DNA of 64,000 nucleotides from Podarcis liolepis (taxonomy: Eukaryota): NCBI GenBank assembly GCA_965112155.1, contig OZ218101.1; one strand, written 5' to 3'. The position numbers and the translations under genes were made by a program. The stretch's first letter is position 1; every line of letters starts with the position of its first letter. Below the pieces are notes generated by a model. The model did not search any database. It had not been told where the DNA came from and was given only the letters and a program-made list of their open reading frames with translations. Below are positions 48,301-60,461 of this stretch, one piece after another.

Positions 48301-50045
48301 GAATATAAATAAGGACTTTTGTATATATGTTAAATAGTTTGTGGAAAAAATACGAGAAAGATCTAATATATCTACTTTTTGATAGGAAGTTGCAGTTTAT
48401 TATGAATTAGACTAATTAGTAAGGGCAATAAAACAATCTAACTGTAGGACTATGGTCACAATATTTTCTTCTGTCCGTGAAATCTGGGGAGATAGTAGTA
48501 ACTCCTAGCTGCAGCTCTGCACCATGCCCTTGTACTGCTGTGGAAGACCTGGATAGGACTACTGCTTCACAATTTGAACAAAGTGAACATTATGTTTAAA
48601 TGCTATTACCCATCTTGTAACAAGCTGAACGATTTGAAAAATTAAGAGATAGATAAGTAAGTCGTGAAACCATTAAGAGCAATGCCAAACAAATGCAAGA
48701 AGGAGCTATTTGGGTGCTTTTTCTGGAGTTGCTGAACAAACCCAAGCATATATAAAATCAAAAGTAAACTGAGGATGGAATCCTATGCACTCTTACCTCA
48801 ACAGGACTTACAACTGAACATATATAATATATATGATTGCATTGTAATTAGTTTACAAATTTCAAGGAACAGTACAATAGTCACTTCCACTGTAAAATCA
48901 GAAGTACTGTATACAGAAAAAAGCCTCTCAAGAATCACCTAGAAATTTGTTTATGGCCACATGCTGTGATATTTTCCTTAAAGTAAAAAAAGACAACATA
49001 ACCTCATCAGGTGCCTAGACACTTCTCCCCACCCCCACCCCTTATTTATTCAACAAAATAATTGCTCAGTCAAAATACCGCATAGTTAAGTACAACATTA
49101 TATGGTTGACAACCCAAGCAGCTAAAGAAGTTCAAGTTCGATAGCAACGTTTAGGCAATATTTCACAAAATAATATTTGTGTACATGTGTGCGAGAGAGA
49201 GGGGCTAAATGACAAAACAAAATAAAACCTGGTTCAGCAAGTTTAGAGCAGAAGCTCAGTGGCTGAACACATGCACCGCATGCAGAAGATCCCAGCACTG
49301 CCGGTTAAAAGCATCAGGTAACAAGTGATGGGAGCTATCTTTGTCCGACTCCCTGGGGCATTGTCTCAGTCATAATAGGCTGTACTGGGCCTATTCTCAC
49401 ATGCTCTGTGGTATGCTCTCCCCAGGAACAGATGCCTAGAGTCTTCCTCGTTAATCTTTGGGCACCATGCTAAGTCCTTTTTCTTTATCCGGATCTTTGG
49501 TTAATTAATATTACCTCCTATGGTGATGCTTAGCTTTGAGTGGGGTAGGTAGGACTTGTCCTTATTAATATAATGCTAGATAAGCAATTTATATATGCTT
49601 TGTATTGTTCATAGTTTTATATTTCTTCTGGTTTTGAACTGTTTTCATGCATTTTACCTTGGCAAGTCACTTCGAGAATTTTGATCGTATAAAGCGACTG
49701 ATAAATGTAATAATAATAATAATAATATAAAGGAATCAATCCTAAATAATCTTTGCTTCTGAAAATTCCGTTGTTTCCTACCTTTCTAGGAAACAGCTAA
49801 AGAGCACTAGAAAATGGGCGAAGGGCAAGCCAGTGGCATGACTTAGGTACCATATTAAAATAACAGCAGATGAAAAGTACTATAGATCGGACAGAAGTAG
49901 TTTTATGTCTTGGACACCATAATTATTTAACATATTCTTTTTACCTACTATGGTGCACTTCACATTTTCATTTTTTATTTAAAAATGTTCTTACTTGTTG
50001 CCCATCTTGATAGTTGTCTATACTTAATGTCTGCGTTGCCATCAT
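36141..50045 (-). CDS. PKNOX1: Homeobox protein PKNOX1 (PREP1), TALE class; 10 coding exons, 436 aa
   Basis: Minus-strand exons 50045-49995, 47677-47550, 46313-46142, 44272-44102, 41977-41878, 41110-41013, 40910-40782, 38294-38218, 37610-37438 and 36352-36141 total 1311 nt; MMATQTLSID start, MEINOX HPLFPLLALLFEKCE, TALE homeodomain HPYP..WFINARRR, SDSLQ* end. Confidence 0.98.
37438..37610 (-). CDS. PKNOX1: PKNOX1 coding exon 9
   Basis: FINARRRILQPMLDSSCSETPK...ELTMSD; 173 nt. Confidence 0.96.
38218..38294 (-). CDS. PKNOX1: PKNOX1 coding exon 8
   Basis: HPYPTEDEKKQIAAQTNLTLLQVNN; 77 nt. Confidence 0.96.
39664..40008 (-). mobile_element. Sauria SINE, full length
   Basis: Typical body (GGGACCCCTGACCATT..GGCCAGCATGACTAAGCCGC..), tRNA-like head at the right end, 14-bp TSD TTCAAAAGGGAATA (39650-39663 / 40009-40022). 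Confidence 0.88.
40782..40910 (-). CDS. PKNOX1: PKNOX1 coding exon 7
   Basis: LQLQLNQDLSILHQDDGSSKNKRGVLPKHATNVMRSWLFQHIG; 129 nt. Confidence 0.96.
41013..41110 (-). CDS. PKNOX1: PKNOX1 coding exon 6
   Basis: GTVYQPVTVVTPQGQVVTQALSPGTIRIQNSQ; 98 nt. Confidence 0.95.
41878..41977 (-). CDS. PKNOX1: PKNOX1 coding exon 5
   Basis: PIQSAITGTLSPQGIMVPASALQQGNVTMATVA; 100 nt. Confidence 0.95.
44102..44272 (-). CDS. PKNOX1: PKNOX1 coding exon 4
   Basis: [26 protein letters not shown]...SPVQPQ; 171 nt. Confidence 0.96.
45107..45434. mobile_element. GC-rich hAT-type MITE
   Basis: TIRs CAGGGGCGTAG/CTACGCCCCTG; perfect TSD GTAGAAGC. Confidence 0.87.
46142..46313 (-). CDS. PKNOX1: PKNOX1 coding exon 3
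   Basis: HPLFPLLALLFEKCEQSTQGSEG...EDPETDNL; 172 nt. Confidence 0.96.
47550..47677 (-). CDS. PKNOX1: PKNOX1 coding exon 2
   Basis: MQVVTELKTEQDPNCLEADAGGLSPSPVESQTPMDADKQAIY; 128 nt. Confidence 0.95.
49995..50045 (-). CDS. PKNOX1: PKNOX1 coding exon 1
   Basis: MMATQTLSIDNYQDGQQ; donor GTAAGA; exon starts 50082 after a TACTAAC branch point (50105-50111) and pyrimidine tract. Confidence 0.94.
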
Positions 50046-51096
50046 GGTTACTTAGGGTTCTTATAAAGTCAAATCATCATACCTTAGGGGGGAAATCCAA
50101 AAAGGTTAGTATTTTTACAGGATGTTATCAAATACAAATTACATAACTGACATCTGCATGTGCAGCAGCAGAACAGGGGCAGAGGGGATTGAGAATGCAA
50201 TCACATGTATTTGCTACACCAACCTACAAGATCTCAGGAATGTTCTCAAACCCTTTTTGACAAAAGCAGTCAAAGTGACTATTAAATCATATTTGCCAGA
50301 AAAAGTGATAAATGCAATATGGTTGGCCACTTGATCTTGCTCTTTATTACAATAAAGAGTTGCACAACAAACACGCAACTAAAATCACAAGTTAGTGGCA
50401 CAAAATAAATGACCAAACTTTTATATATGAATATCATATAGTGGTTTCACTAGCAAAAATAAAAGTGTCGAAAGGGATATACGACAAAAGAATGCAGGAC
50501 AATGAACAATGCAAACCCACTGTGAAAATTTTTGTTTTTCATAATATTCCCTCTTAAGGAATATTCGATACTGGTCGTAGTCACAAGACCAGATGGCACA
50601 TACCCTGAAGTTAGATCTCTTTTTACATTTGGAGGTTATAAAGAAAGTTGAAAATCATCTAGTAGCTGCACTAAGGAACAATTATGATAATTTTAAAGAT
50701 AAATGGAATCTCTCACATAGGACACATATATTTTTCGGTGGCTGCAACAAGGAATAGCAACTAAAAACGCCTGGCATTTCTCACATAGAACACATATAGC
50801 TTTCCTCTTGTGTATATGCTACACAGAGGTGGTGTCTCTTTGTATGCCAAAGAAAGCATTGAGTTCAGCAAGCCAGAAAGCCCAAAAGGGACAGACTCCT
50901 CCACATCATCATTGTGGATGATATTACTAGGCCCCATTAGGAATTTGGTATAGTGAGCTGCTTCTTTTCTTTCATACACATGTCAAGCAACTTTCCCTAA
51001 TGTGATGCCCTACAATGTTTTGGAGTACAACTGCTATCAGTCCCAGCCATCATGACCAGTGGTGAGGGATGATGGATGGGTGTTAATAGTCTAAAG

Positions 51097-51232
51097 CAGG
51101 CATCCCCAGACTCGGCCCTCCAACTGTTTTAGGACTGCAGTTCCCATCGTCCCTAGCCAACAGGACCAGTGGTCGTGGATGATGGGAATTGTAGTCCCAA
51201 AACAGCTGGAGGGCCAAGTTTGGGGATGCCTG
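51097..51232. mobile_element. Palindromic hAT-type MITE
   Basis: CAGGCATCCCCA...TGGGGATGCCTG; perfect TSD GTCTAAAG; an older related fragment lies just upstream (~50985-51075). Confidence 0.85.
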
Positions 51233-52549
51233 GTCTAAAGCATATTGCAGGAACAGGTTTGGAAAAGTTGATGCAGCACAACCTGTGTAAACTGGGCTGC
51301 ACAAAAATACAGCCTGGCACCAGTCGTTTCTCCTACTACAGGGACACTTTTTCTCCTGCTACATATTATATCTGTGTACATTGTAAAGCTTGGTGTACAA
51401 TCGGGTTCACAAAGTCCCTATGGATGAAATAAGCAGCCAGTTTAAATGTGTGAATCAGCACACAGATGCAGGCATACACAGCCCTTGAGGATATACATTG
51501 TGAAGATATATAATCTGTGCACTAAAAATGCAAAGATCACTCACATGATGCATCAGATACTGCAGAAAACATGCAGGAGACGCAACATGGAGACTTTTTA
51601 CATTAGAAGAGCATAATTCGTTCCCAAATTACTAACTGCAACTATGCTGGGAGAAGTTTCACCTGAAGAATTTCTGATGGTCAGGTTTATCTTCCTTTGC
51701 TTATTTTCATATGCATTTTCAGCAACAAGCAGAGAAGCCTCCATTTTTCTTCCCTAGGCAAGCAAAATAGCATAGAAAGCAAGCAAAAACTTATCATTCC
51801 TTTGAAAACTCACTCCCCACCCTGCACACACACATTCAATGGGGATAGGAGTGGGCAACAAGCAGAATGTTGTCAAATTTGGAGCCACAAAGAGCCACAA
51901 GAAAGTCATATGGAAACAATCTACATAAAATACAGGTTGTCAACAACAAACAGCTCTTGCAACAGAGGCTCTCAAGCTTTTCATACACCAGGAAGCTTCA
52001 TTGACCAGCACCATTGCTATCAGGCTGCTTTCATCTGTATCCATCAACGTGCAAAACATAATCTGTGGCTCTCATGAGCTTGTTTCTCAACCTGTTGACC
52101 AAGCATGGTCCTGAAAGTTCTCACACTTTAGAGATAGAAAGTAGCCATCAGAACTACTGTGTCTACTGGTTTTACACATATCTTATTCATGCTGTTAGCT
52201 CATTAACCAGAAAGATATGTGAAGCAAATGCCCCAGTTTTAAGTTTTGTTCTGGAAATGTACTTCAAACAAATCAATTTTGGGACAGATAGGGCTCTGTT
52301 TAAAAATATATATACATGCCTAAGTTCTCAGGAAGTAGCCTTTCATTTACTACCTCATAGTGGATTAGAGAATGTAATGGAGACACGTAAGATCATGAGA
52401 GAAGAGATTCCCAAAGGAATTGCAATCTATTTTGTTAGTAGCTCCTCCATTTTCGGCAGTCTACCCTGGGGACAACTTTGGAAGAAATCTTGCAATCCTT
52501 AGTGTACAATTTCAAATGGTAATTTCAAAAAGTTGCTGGCTACCATAAG

Positions 52550-52693
52550 CAATGTTTTTTTTATGGCGGGACACCAGGGTACACATACCCCTAAACATTT
52601 TGTGAATATAAGTTTGGCCTCATTGAGAGGCAGTATTTCAATGAGTAGGAAAATGAGAGTACCCCTAAACATTTTTTTAGAAAAAAAGCACTG
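52550..52693. mobile_element. hAT-type MITE
   Basis: Same family as 5190-5336; TSD ACCATAAG/ACCGTAAG. Confidence 0.75.
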
Positions 52694-54689
52694 ACCGTAA
52701 GAGATTAAAACCCCTGGGCTGGTTCTAGGATGAGGAATTTCCTCAGCTAATGAGCTGTTTTTTAATTTGCCAGCAAGGACTGGGTAACTGATTTCATATT
52801 TACTCTATAAGAGTTATGGTACTTCAATCACAATTTACTACAAGTAACTGAAGTCTCAACTGATACATTAAACTGGTTTCATAATTATATTTTTTCCTAA
52901 TTTTCTATTCACTTGGAGTTCTTTTCTGATGAGTCTCTTACCTTGATAGCAAATAGACATGTTCACACCAAAATGATTTCCACAGTAAAAAGCTGATTGC
53001 ACAAAACAACACAATACTATGGCATTCAAACACTAAATTAGGAACTTGAGCAACTCCTTACTACTAAGCATTTTGCCCCTTAACATTATCCAATGAGACT
53101 TATAATAGATTTGACTTTTCAGTGGGGTCGTCTCTAGGATATATGACCTGCAAAACGCACTTTAGAAAAAACTGTTAAGCATTTTGCCGCTTTATATTTC
53201 ACTAGGGGTTGCACCTCTGCTGACTCCACTTGCCCTTAGAGCATCCCCTTCCTACCCCATGCAATTATTATGATCACTTTCCACCTTCCCAAACCCATTT
53301 CTGAAGCCACTTTCCCCTTCACTTCTGAGGTTCCCTTTTGCATCCATTTCACCTTCACCTCCCCACTGCCTTTGTGACCCTCTTGCACACAAACCACCAC
53401 CATGGTAACTCCTGCATCTTCCTCTTCCCATACACTTTTACCTTGCATCCCCATCATGAAGCTACCACCCCCTTCTTTTCTTCAAACCCTTTCATGCCCC
53501 TGCTTTTATCTTCAGCAGCTTTACCATACCTCTCACTCCCTTGTTTTTTTACAACCCCCATTGCACCTCCATTTTCACCTTCACCCCTTTCTGTCATGGT
53601 GACTGCTATTGTGCAAACTGCCTTCTTTTTTGCTCCCCACCTCATTCTGCATGCAAATCCAGGATTGTAATGCAGTACTAGTAATCCTCCAAATGGGGCT
53701 GCACAATGACAGCCTTACAATAACACAAATTATTAGAACCCCAAATGTGAGGTTTTTTTGTGATGTTGGATGTGTATGTACTCTCCTTTCACTATGCAGA
53801 GGCGTAGGTAGGGGAGCATTGGGCGCCACACTGCAGGGGCAGCACTTAACATGGGGCCTGCAGCGTACCCAAGCCACGCGTCTCTCCTGTGAGTGACACA
53901 GTGGCTTGGGCACCTGCAATCTGACCACAAATCTTGAATGAAGAGATCAATAATAGCAGAGTGTAGAAATTTAGATATGGGAACCAAGCTGTGCACACAT
54001 CATTGCTGAATAATTTCAGATATCATAATTGGCATTCAGCTTAGCCATCTACATATGCTTGCTGAACAAAACAGTAGCAACCCAAATTAAAATTACTTCT
54101 TTCTAAGACCTAATCTTGCAAGTCTGAATTCATCAGAACTTAAAGGTACAATTATACACAGTTGCACACTAAAATCAAGAAATGTTTTCCATGCAGCAAG
54201 CACACAAGCAGTATTTCCACTGGGCTATTGCACTGGTATCCTACGGATGGAAGAAGCAACACTGCACTACCTCTGGCCTGGGATAGACCAATACAGTGGA
54301 AAGTCAACAGCATATTTATTCACTCAAAGGATTTATAATCCACATTTTGAAAACATGCTCCACAGAGGAGCTCACATCTAAAAATACAAACTTGAAATAC
54401 AGCATATACACTATTTAAAATAGCAAATTTTAAATACTAAAGGGGAAAAAAACTCCAACAGTGATAAAACAATAAAGCTCAGTGAGACCTGTGTTAAAAC
54501 TGCATTTACCAGTATAACCCATTCTGTGCCATTAAAAGACACAGAAAAAATGTCTTCAAGACCTGTTTAAATGACATAAGGGATAGAGTCTGCCTTCTTA
54601 GACTTTTAATCAGCCTGGTTGGTTTTGGGTGGTGAGTACCTGAGTAGGCCCTTTAATTTGGATTTCCTTGTGTGGGCAGGCTAGCATGG

Positions 54690-55935
54690 TTCATAGAATC
54701 AAAGAATTATAGAGTTGGAAGGGACCCTGAGGGCCATCTAGTCCAACTCCCTGCAATGCAGGAATCTCAACTAAATCACATGTGAAAAATGCTTGAAAAC
54801 CTCCAAGGAAGAAGAGCCCACCACCTCTTGTGAGAGTCTATTCCACTGTCAAATAGCTCTGTCAGAAAGTTATAACTGGTGTTTAGTTGGAATATCCTTT
54901 CTTATAACATGAATGCATTGGTTCGGGGCCTAGCCTGCAGAGCAGCAGAAAACAAGCTTGCTCCATCTTCCATGTGATAGCCCTTTCTATATATTATGTT
55001 GGAGTAGTTAGGGCAACCCAGTCAAATAGGTGGGGTACAAAATTATTATTATTGAAGATGGCTATCGTATCTCCAACTCCACAATTCTGTGATTCCTCTC
55101 AATCTTCTCTTTACCAAGCTAAACATATCCAATTCCCTCAACTGTTTCTCATAAGGCTTGGTTTCCAGACCCTTTATCATGTTGGTTATCCTCTGCACAC
55201 ATTCCATCTTGTAAATATCTTTCTTAAATTGTGCTGCCCAGAACTTGACACAGTACTCCAGGTGTGGTCAGGACTATTACTTCCCTTGATCTGGACACTA
55301 TCCTTCTGTTGATGCAGCCTACAACAGCATTTGCTTTCTTTGCTACTACGTAACACTGTTGACTCATGTTAAGTTTATGGTCTACTGAGCCTTTCCAGTT
55401 ATATTATTGGTAAACCTAGAGCCTTTTCACATATATTACTTGGTAATCCAGGTGGCCTTCATCTTATATTTGTGCAGCTGGTTCTTCCTACCTAAATATT
55501 CACTCACCGTTATGGAGGGAATCCCATTTATTTTCCTCCAATATGCTTAAATTCAGCGTGTTCTCACATCTTATCTGAGATCTACCTAAGTGTAGAACCT
55601 TACATTTGTCCCTAATGAAATTCATTCTTTTAGTTTGGGCCCAGTTCTTCAATCTGTTAAAGTAATCATGAATCCAGATTCTATATTCAGCTGTATTGGC
55701 TACCCCTCCCAGTTTGGTGTCATCTGCAAATTTGATGAGCATCCCCTCAACACCTTCATCCAAGTCATTTATAAAGATGTTGAACAATGGACCTAGGGAG
55801 AACCCTGTGGCCCCTCCCTTGTCCCCTTTTTTCCCCCTGAAGAGGAATCATTAGTGAGCACTCTTTGGATTCGGTCAATCAGCTACAAATTCACCCAACA
55901 GTTACCACACCCAGCCCACATTTTTTTTAGCTTTT
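54690..55935 (-). mobile_element. CR1 LINE 3' fragment (decayed reverse transcriptase and 3' tail)
   Basis: FNIFINDLDEGVEGMLIKFADDTKLGG RT motif at 55500-55787; ATAGAATC-type tail at ~54692. Confidence 0.92.
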
Positions 55936-57599
55936 TTTCAAGATAACACACTGGCAACCAAGGTAAGTGGTACAAATTTGGTGCAATCTGTTCTGACCTC
56001 CTAGTCCCAACTAGTAACAGGGCAGCCATATTTTGCACTGCTGAAGTTTCTAAATCTTCAAATGCTGCCTCATGTAAAGTTCATTAACATAATCTGTACT
56101 GGGTGGTAACAAGAACATGGACAGTGAGTAAAGTTCTGACCTCTTTAGATAAGGTCACAGTTCTATACCAGCCTCGACTGATTACCAGCTACTAAGGTTA
56201 TGTGCATACTGGCAATAGCAACACCAGTCTCAATCCCCAGTACAGGAGCATCTTTTGCAAGTATTTCACATGGCTCAATTTATATGCAAATCTGAGCTAG
56301 TTTTGCATACCAATCTTTCAGAATCTAGTGTCCTTGAGAATGACTTTATTCTCTTTATTCATGTGAGTCATGACCAAATGTCAATGTTTACTTATTAAAC
56401 TTATAGTCAGGGCTCTGCACATATTTTTGTAATGCGACTCACAAGTCCAGAATTAAATATCCTGAGAATCTTAGTTTCCCTTAAAAATATGACATTTCTG
56501 TTAAGTTTGCAAAGATAGGCTTGAAAGTATATAGACAATTCTTGCTGACATTGATGGAACAGCTGAACAAGATTGCTGGAGTGCATTTCAAATGGCTTTC
56601 TTAATGTATCTACCACGCTCTCCCCAAAGTGACCAAGAAAATTATGCAAAATTAGCAAATCCATGCAAATCTGTTACATTTGTTTGATTTATACATGTCA
56701 AGAGATCAGCCCTTTTTGGTACAGAATATACATTTATTTATATACAGAACTCTTGTATGATGGTTTAGCACAAAACATGCATACTTCCACTTATACCACA
56801 AAACTAGTAAGAATTGTAGACAAGGGTAACAGTCAGTTGCAGATCATCAGCTTGGTGAGGCGATTTCTCCTAGCCTCTGAATTTGAGTGCCTGCAAACCA
56901 GCACATATCCTTTAAAATTTGTTTTTCTTAAATCCCAGCACTGTTGTGTTACATATACTGCTTTTCCTGGTTTTCAAAAATGAATTGAAGGGATGCCCAA
57001 GAGAAGCTCTGAAGCAATTTTTTCTTCAATGTGTTTTTAAAAGACAGCAGTTACCATTTAAAATTTAAATCATTTTATTTCTTGGTTTCTTGATTAATGC
57101 ATTTGAACACTGGAACCTGAACAGGGTTATAGGCAATGACCTAGTGCAAGAATAGTGAACTGGCACCTCATGATGTTTACCAACATCATAATCAAGCTGA
57201 GCCTGGAGAACATGATCACACACTTTTTTAAAAAAAAAGTGGTACTTGCATCAAGGAAAATGTCATACTTTCCCAGTTCTGTCAGAAGGTGGCACTTGCA
57301 CTTTCAATGCCAGTTCCAAACATATCTTCTCCCATATATAGCCAAGTAAAAAACTGCTAACATTTACTCAGGGGACAGGTGGATGATCTGTTGTTTTAGT
57401 CCTTTCTATCGTGTATGGGTGTATTTACGTCTCCACCACTATTTTTTTTATGTGAAATACATATTCCTGGCTTTCATTAGGACTGAAGGCAGGTCACTAA
57501 GCAAATATCTGGGGAAAAAGAAACGCTCAGAAACCAGGAGGCGGCAAAACGCCTCACGTTTATTAGCAAGAACCGGGTTACACATAACGACAATTCCCA

Positions 57600-58900
57600 T
57601 GGATTTTCCCAACACTTAACAACGTTGCGTACCCGCCCGCGCCCCTCCGCCCCGGTTTGTGAGGTGAGGAAAAGGAGGGTTGTTTGAAACGACGAAGAAA
57701 GGCTCTTCCCTCACGGGGAGGGAGCCCGAACCGCACTCGAGGAAGCAAACGGACGCGCGGAGCGACCACCAAGCAGCTGCCACAAGCCCCCCCCGGCTCT
57801 CCCCGCCGCTTCCAAGTCCACAGCACAGGAATGTCCCCGAAAATGGCCCCCTTTTAAATACCGCCCTCCGCGCCGCCTCGCGCCACAAACAGCTGTTGCC
57901 CTTTCCCTCCCCCCCATACCTACTCCACCCCCTGAGGCGCGCGACACCTTCCCCTTCCACGGAGCGCGCGCGCGCACGCGCCGCCTCCTACAAAAGCCAA
58001 CGGCCAGTCGGCGGCTGTTCCAGAAATTTCCTCACTCCCCCCCTCCCCTCCCTTTCCTCGCGCCTGCCTGCCGACGCCCCTAACCCCCCCCCCTCCGGGT
58101 AGGTTACGGTGCGGATGCCCCCGCCCCGCTATTCCGTATGGCGGGCTCGCCTCCCCCCACTCTGCCCCACATCCCCGGGCCTGTTTGCGCGGCGGAGCCA
58201 AGACGGCCGACAGCGGCGGCGGGCGCGCCGTGATGGATGGCTGGCTGGCTGGGAGCAGGTTTGAGTGACAGCGCTTACCTGGGTGCCAATCTTCGTCACA
58301 CTGACAAGCGGCTGCAGCAATCGGGACCCGCACCGCCGCGACGCGCGTCACCACGCACACACGGCCTCATCCAATCGCCTGCCGCGCTGCGCCGGACGCC
58401 ACCGCGCTGCACCAGGCGTCTCATCAATATTCAGCGAGGGAGCGGGGCACGTCGTGTTTTTAGATACGCCCACCGCGACGCACGCCTCGGTGAAGGGGCG
58501 GGGCGGTGGCAAAGGTGCCGCCCTCTCGGGCCTCTGCGCGCGGCCGCAGCATGCTTATGAATACTCATGAAGTGGGCGGGGGGCGCCACGCACCTCTCTT
58601 CGGACGCCCTTTCCCGCTTCCTTCAGTTTGGTCTGGAGGGACTCGGAGGTGGAAGGGGTGCTTGAGGTGGCGGGTGGGGCGTCGTCGGCAAAAGGCTCCG
58701 TCCCTTGGGAGCCATTTAGCCCACAGGCCGAAGCCGCGCATGACGTCAGCTGCCTTTTCCCTCAGTGGCAGATGGCCCAGGCGAGCCCCGTGGGCCGAGA
58801 TGCGAGGGGAGCCCTTGGCTGACCAGTGCCGTGAGGAAGCCGCGACTTCCTTCGTGTTATTATCTCACTTACCCTACGTAAGAGGTGGATGAGCTCTAAA
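57600..58900. promoter_or_regulatory. CpG island / PKNOX1 promoter
   Basis: Abrupt GC- and CpG-rich block; GC boxes GGGGCGGGGC (~58495) and GGGCGGGG (~58574), full CRE TGACGTCA 58741-58748, CCAAT ~58371. Confidence 0.88.
58279..58400 (-). other. PKNOX1: PKNOX1 non-coding exon 1 (5' end approximate)
   Basis: Minus strand ...GCTTGTCAGTGTGACGAAGATTGGCACCCAG|GTAAGC, strong donor inside the CpG island; resembles the mammalian PKNOX1 5'UTR as I recall it. Confidence 0.75.
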
Positions 58901-60216
58901 ACAGTAATTTTTTTAGGAAAAATGGAGAAGCAAAACAGGCGCACATCCCTCCCCCTTTCCAGTATTTTTAACTTTCGGCTTCAGTTATTGGGAAGAAAGC
59001 AGCCTCGGGTGGCGATCAGCAGTACCGGACTGTTGGTTGTGACTTTGCCATTCTTTATTCGGATCGTGTTGCTCATTGGCAAGCAAGACCACTGAAAACG
59101 GCAGAAGGATTGCGGCCCATCTCTCCTCAAAATGCTACTTATCCTTTATACAGTAGTTCGATAACAGGTAGTTAAAGGGCTGGGGAGCTATACATAAAAT
59201 TTTAGGAGCTTAACTGAGAACAGTCATACATACTAGTTTCTGCTTTTGATTGGGATTTTTAAAATTTTAACGTATTTGTATCTTGGCCTTCCCCTATAAA
59301 AACTTTGTTAGAGAAAGGTTACAAACATAAGAGTGAGCGAAAACAAAGCATGGGAAACATTTACTTTCCACTGAATCCTACAGAAGTGAGCACCACCTCC
59401 TTAATCTGTGCTCATATGAGAAAATAGGCTGTTGCCCATAAAAGCTCAATCAGAACTAGTTCTTAGCAGAGATGTGTAAACTACAAACATTTGGTAGACG
59501 TGAATAGGGATCTACCTACTTATATAAACATTTAGTTCTTCGTTTGCAGGGTCAACAAACTGTTGCTTACCTTGAGCCTTCAGGCATAAATTGGGTAGAT
59601 TAATAAATAAATTATCCATCTATTTTCCTTTCACAATGGCTGGAGTTTCGTAAACGTTGGGACTTTAGAGTATATATTATTAGGCTTGAGCTGCTGTGCC
59701 CAGCTGTCTATTCCCATTAAAACCAATGCAACTGTGTTGGATGTTAAAGGCTGTGGGCTAGCAATCAGGCAACCTTTTCAAAATAAAATTGATAACAAAA
59801 CTTGTATGTTATTTATTAAGAAATCTAAACATTTGTAAAAGAAAAAAATACTGCTGCACCTTCAAGACTAGACGACTTATTGCGGCACAAGCTGTCCATA
59901 AGACTCTTTCATCAGATAGAAAAATTAGTGCCAAACATTTTACTACTTGGGTTGGAATAGGCCAGATACCTTACAATGAGTCTAGCAGTGTTCATGCTTG
60001 CACATGAGCAAACTTTAAGGGAACAGATAAATATTTAAACAGGCAGAATTAGAGAATTGCATCCAATGATAGCTTCCGGTAGCAAATACGCTTCCTGTGT
60101 TAGGCAAGGCACTTGGGTTTTACTCACAATTTTTACCCAGCGCAGCCCTTTGGGTCTCCCAAAATCTGCTCCTGGTGGTTGGGAGACCCTCTGGAGCAGA
60201 AGGGGATTTGATAAGA

Positions 60217-60461
60217 CAGAGGTCAGCAACCTTTTTCAGCCGTGGTCCACCATCCCTCAGACCATGTGGTGGGCTGGACTGTATTTTGGGGAAAAAAATG
60301 AATGAATTCCTATGCCCCACAAATAACCCAGAGATGCATTTTAAATAAAAGCACACATTCTACTCATGTAAAAACACACTGATTCCCGGACCTTCCAGGG
60401 GCCGGATTGAGAAGGTGATTGGGCCACACCTGGCCCCCGGGCCTCAGGTTGCCTACCCCTG
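60217..60461. mobile_element. hAT-type MITE
   Basis: CAGAGGTCAGCAACC...GGTTGCCTACCCCTG; TSD TGATAAGA/CGATAAGG. Confidence 0.8.

Noticed and set aside
55500-55787. Reverse-transcriptase-like ORF as a host gene
   Set aside because: Fragment of a decayed CR1 LINE
57578-58944. Several 100-146-aa overlapping ORFs
   Set aside because: Expected by chance in a GC-rich, stop-poor CpG island; Arg/Pro/Ala-rich with no domain
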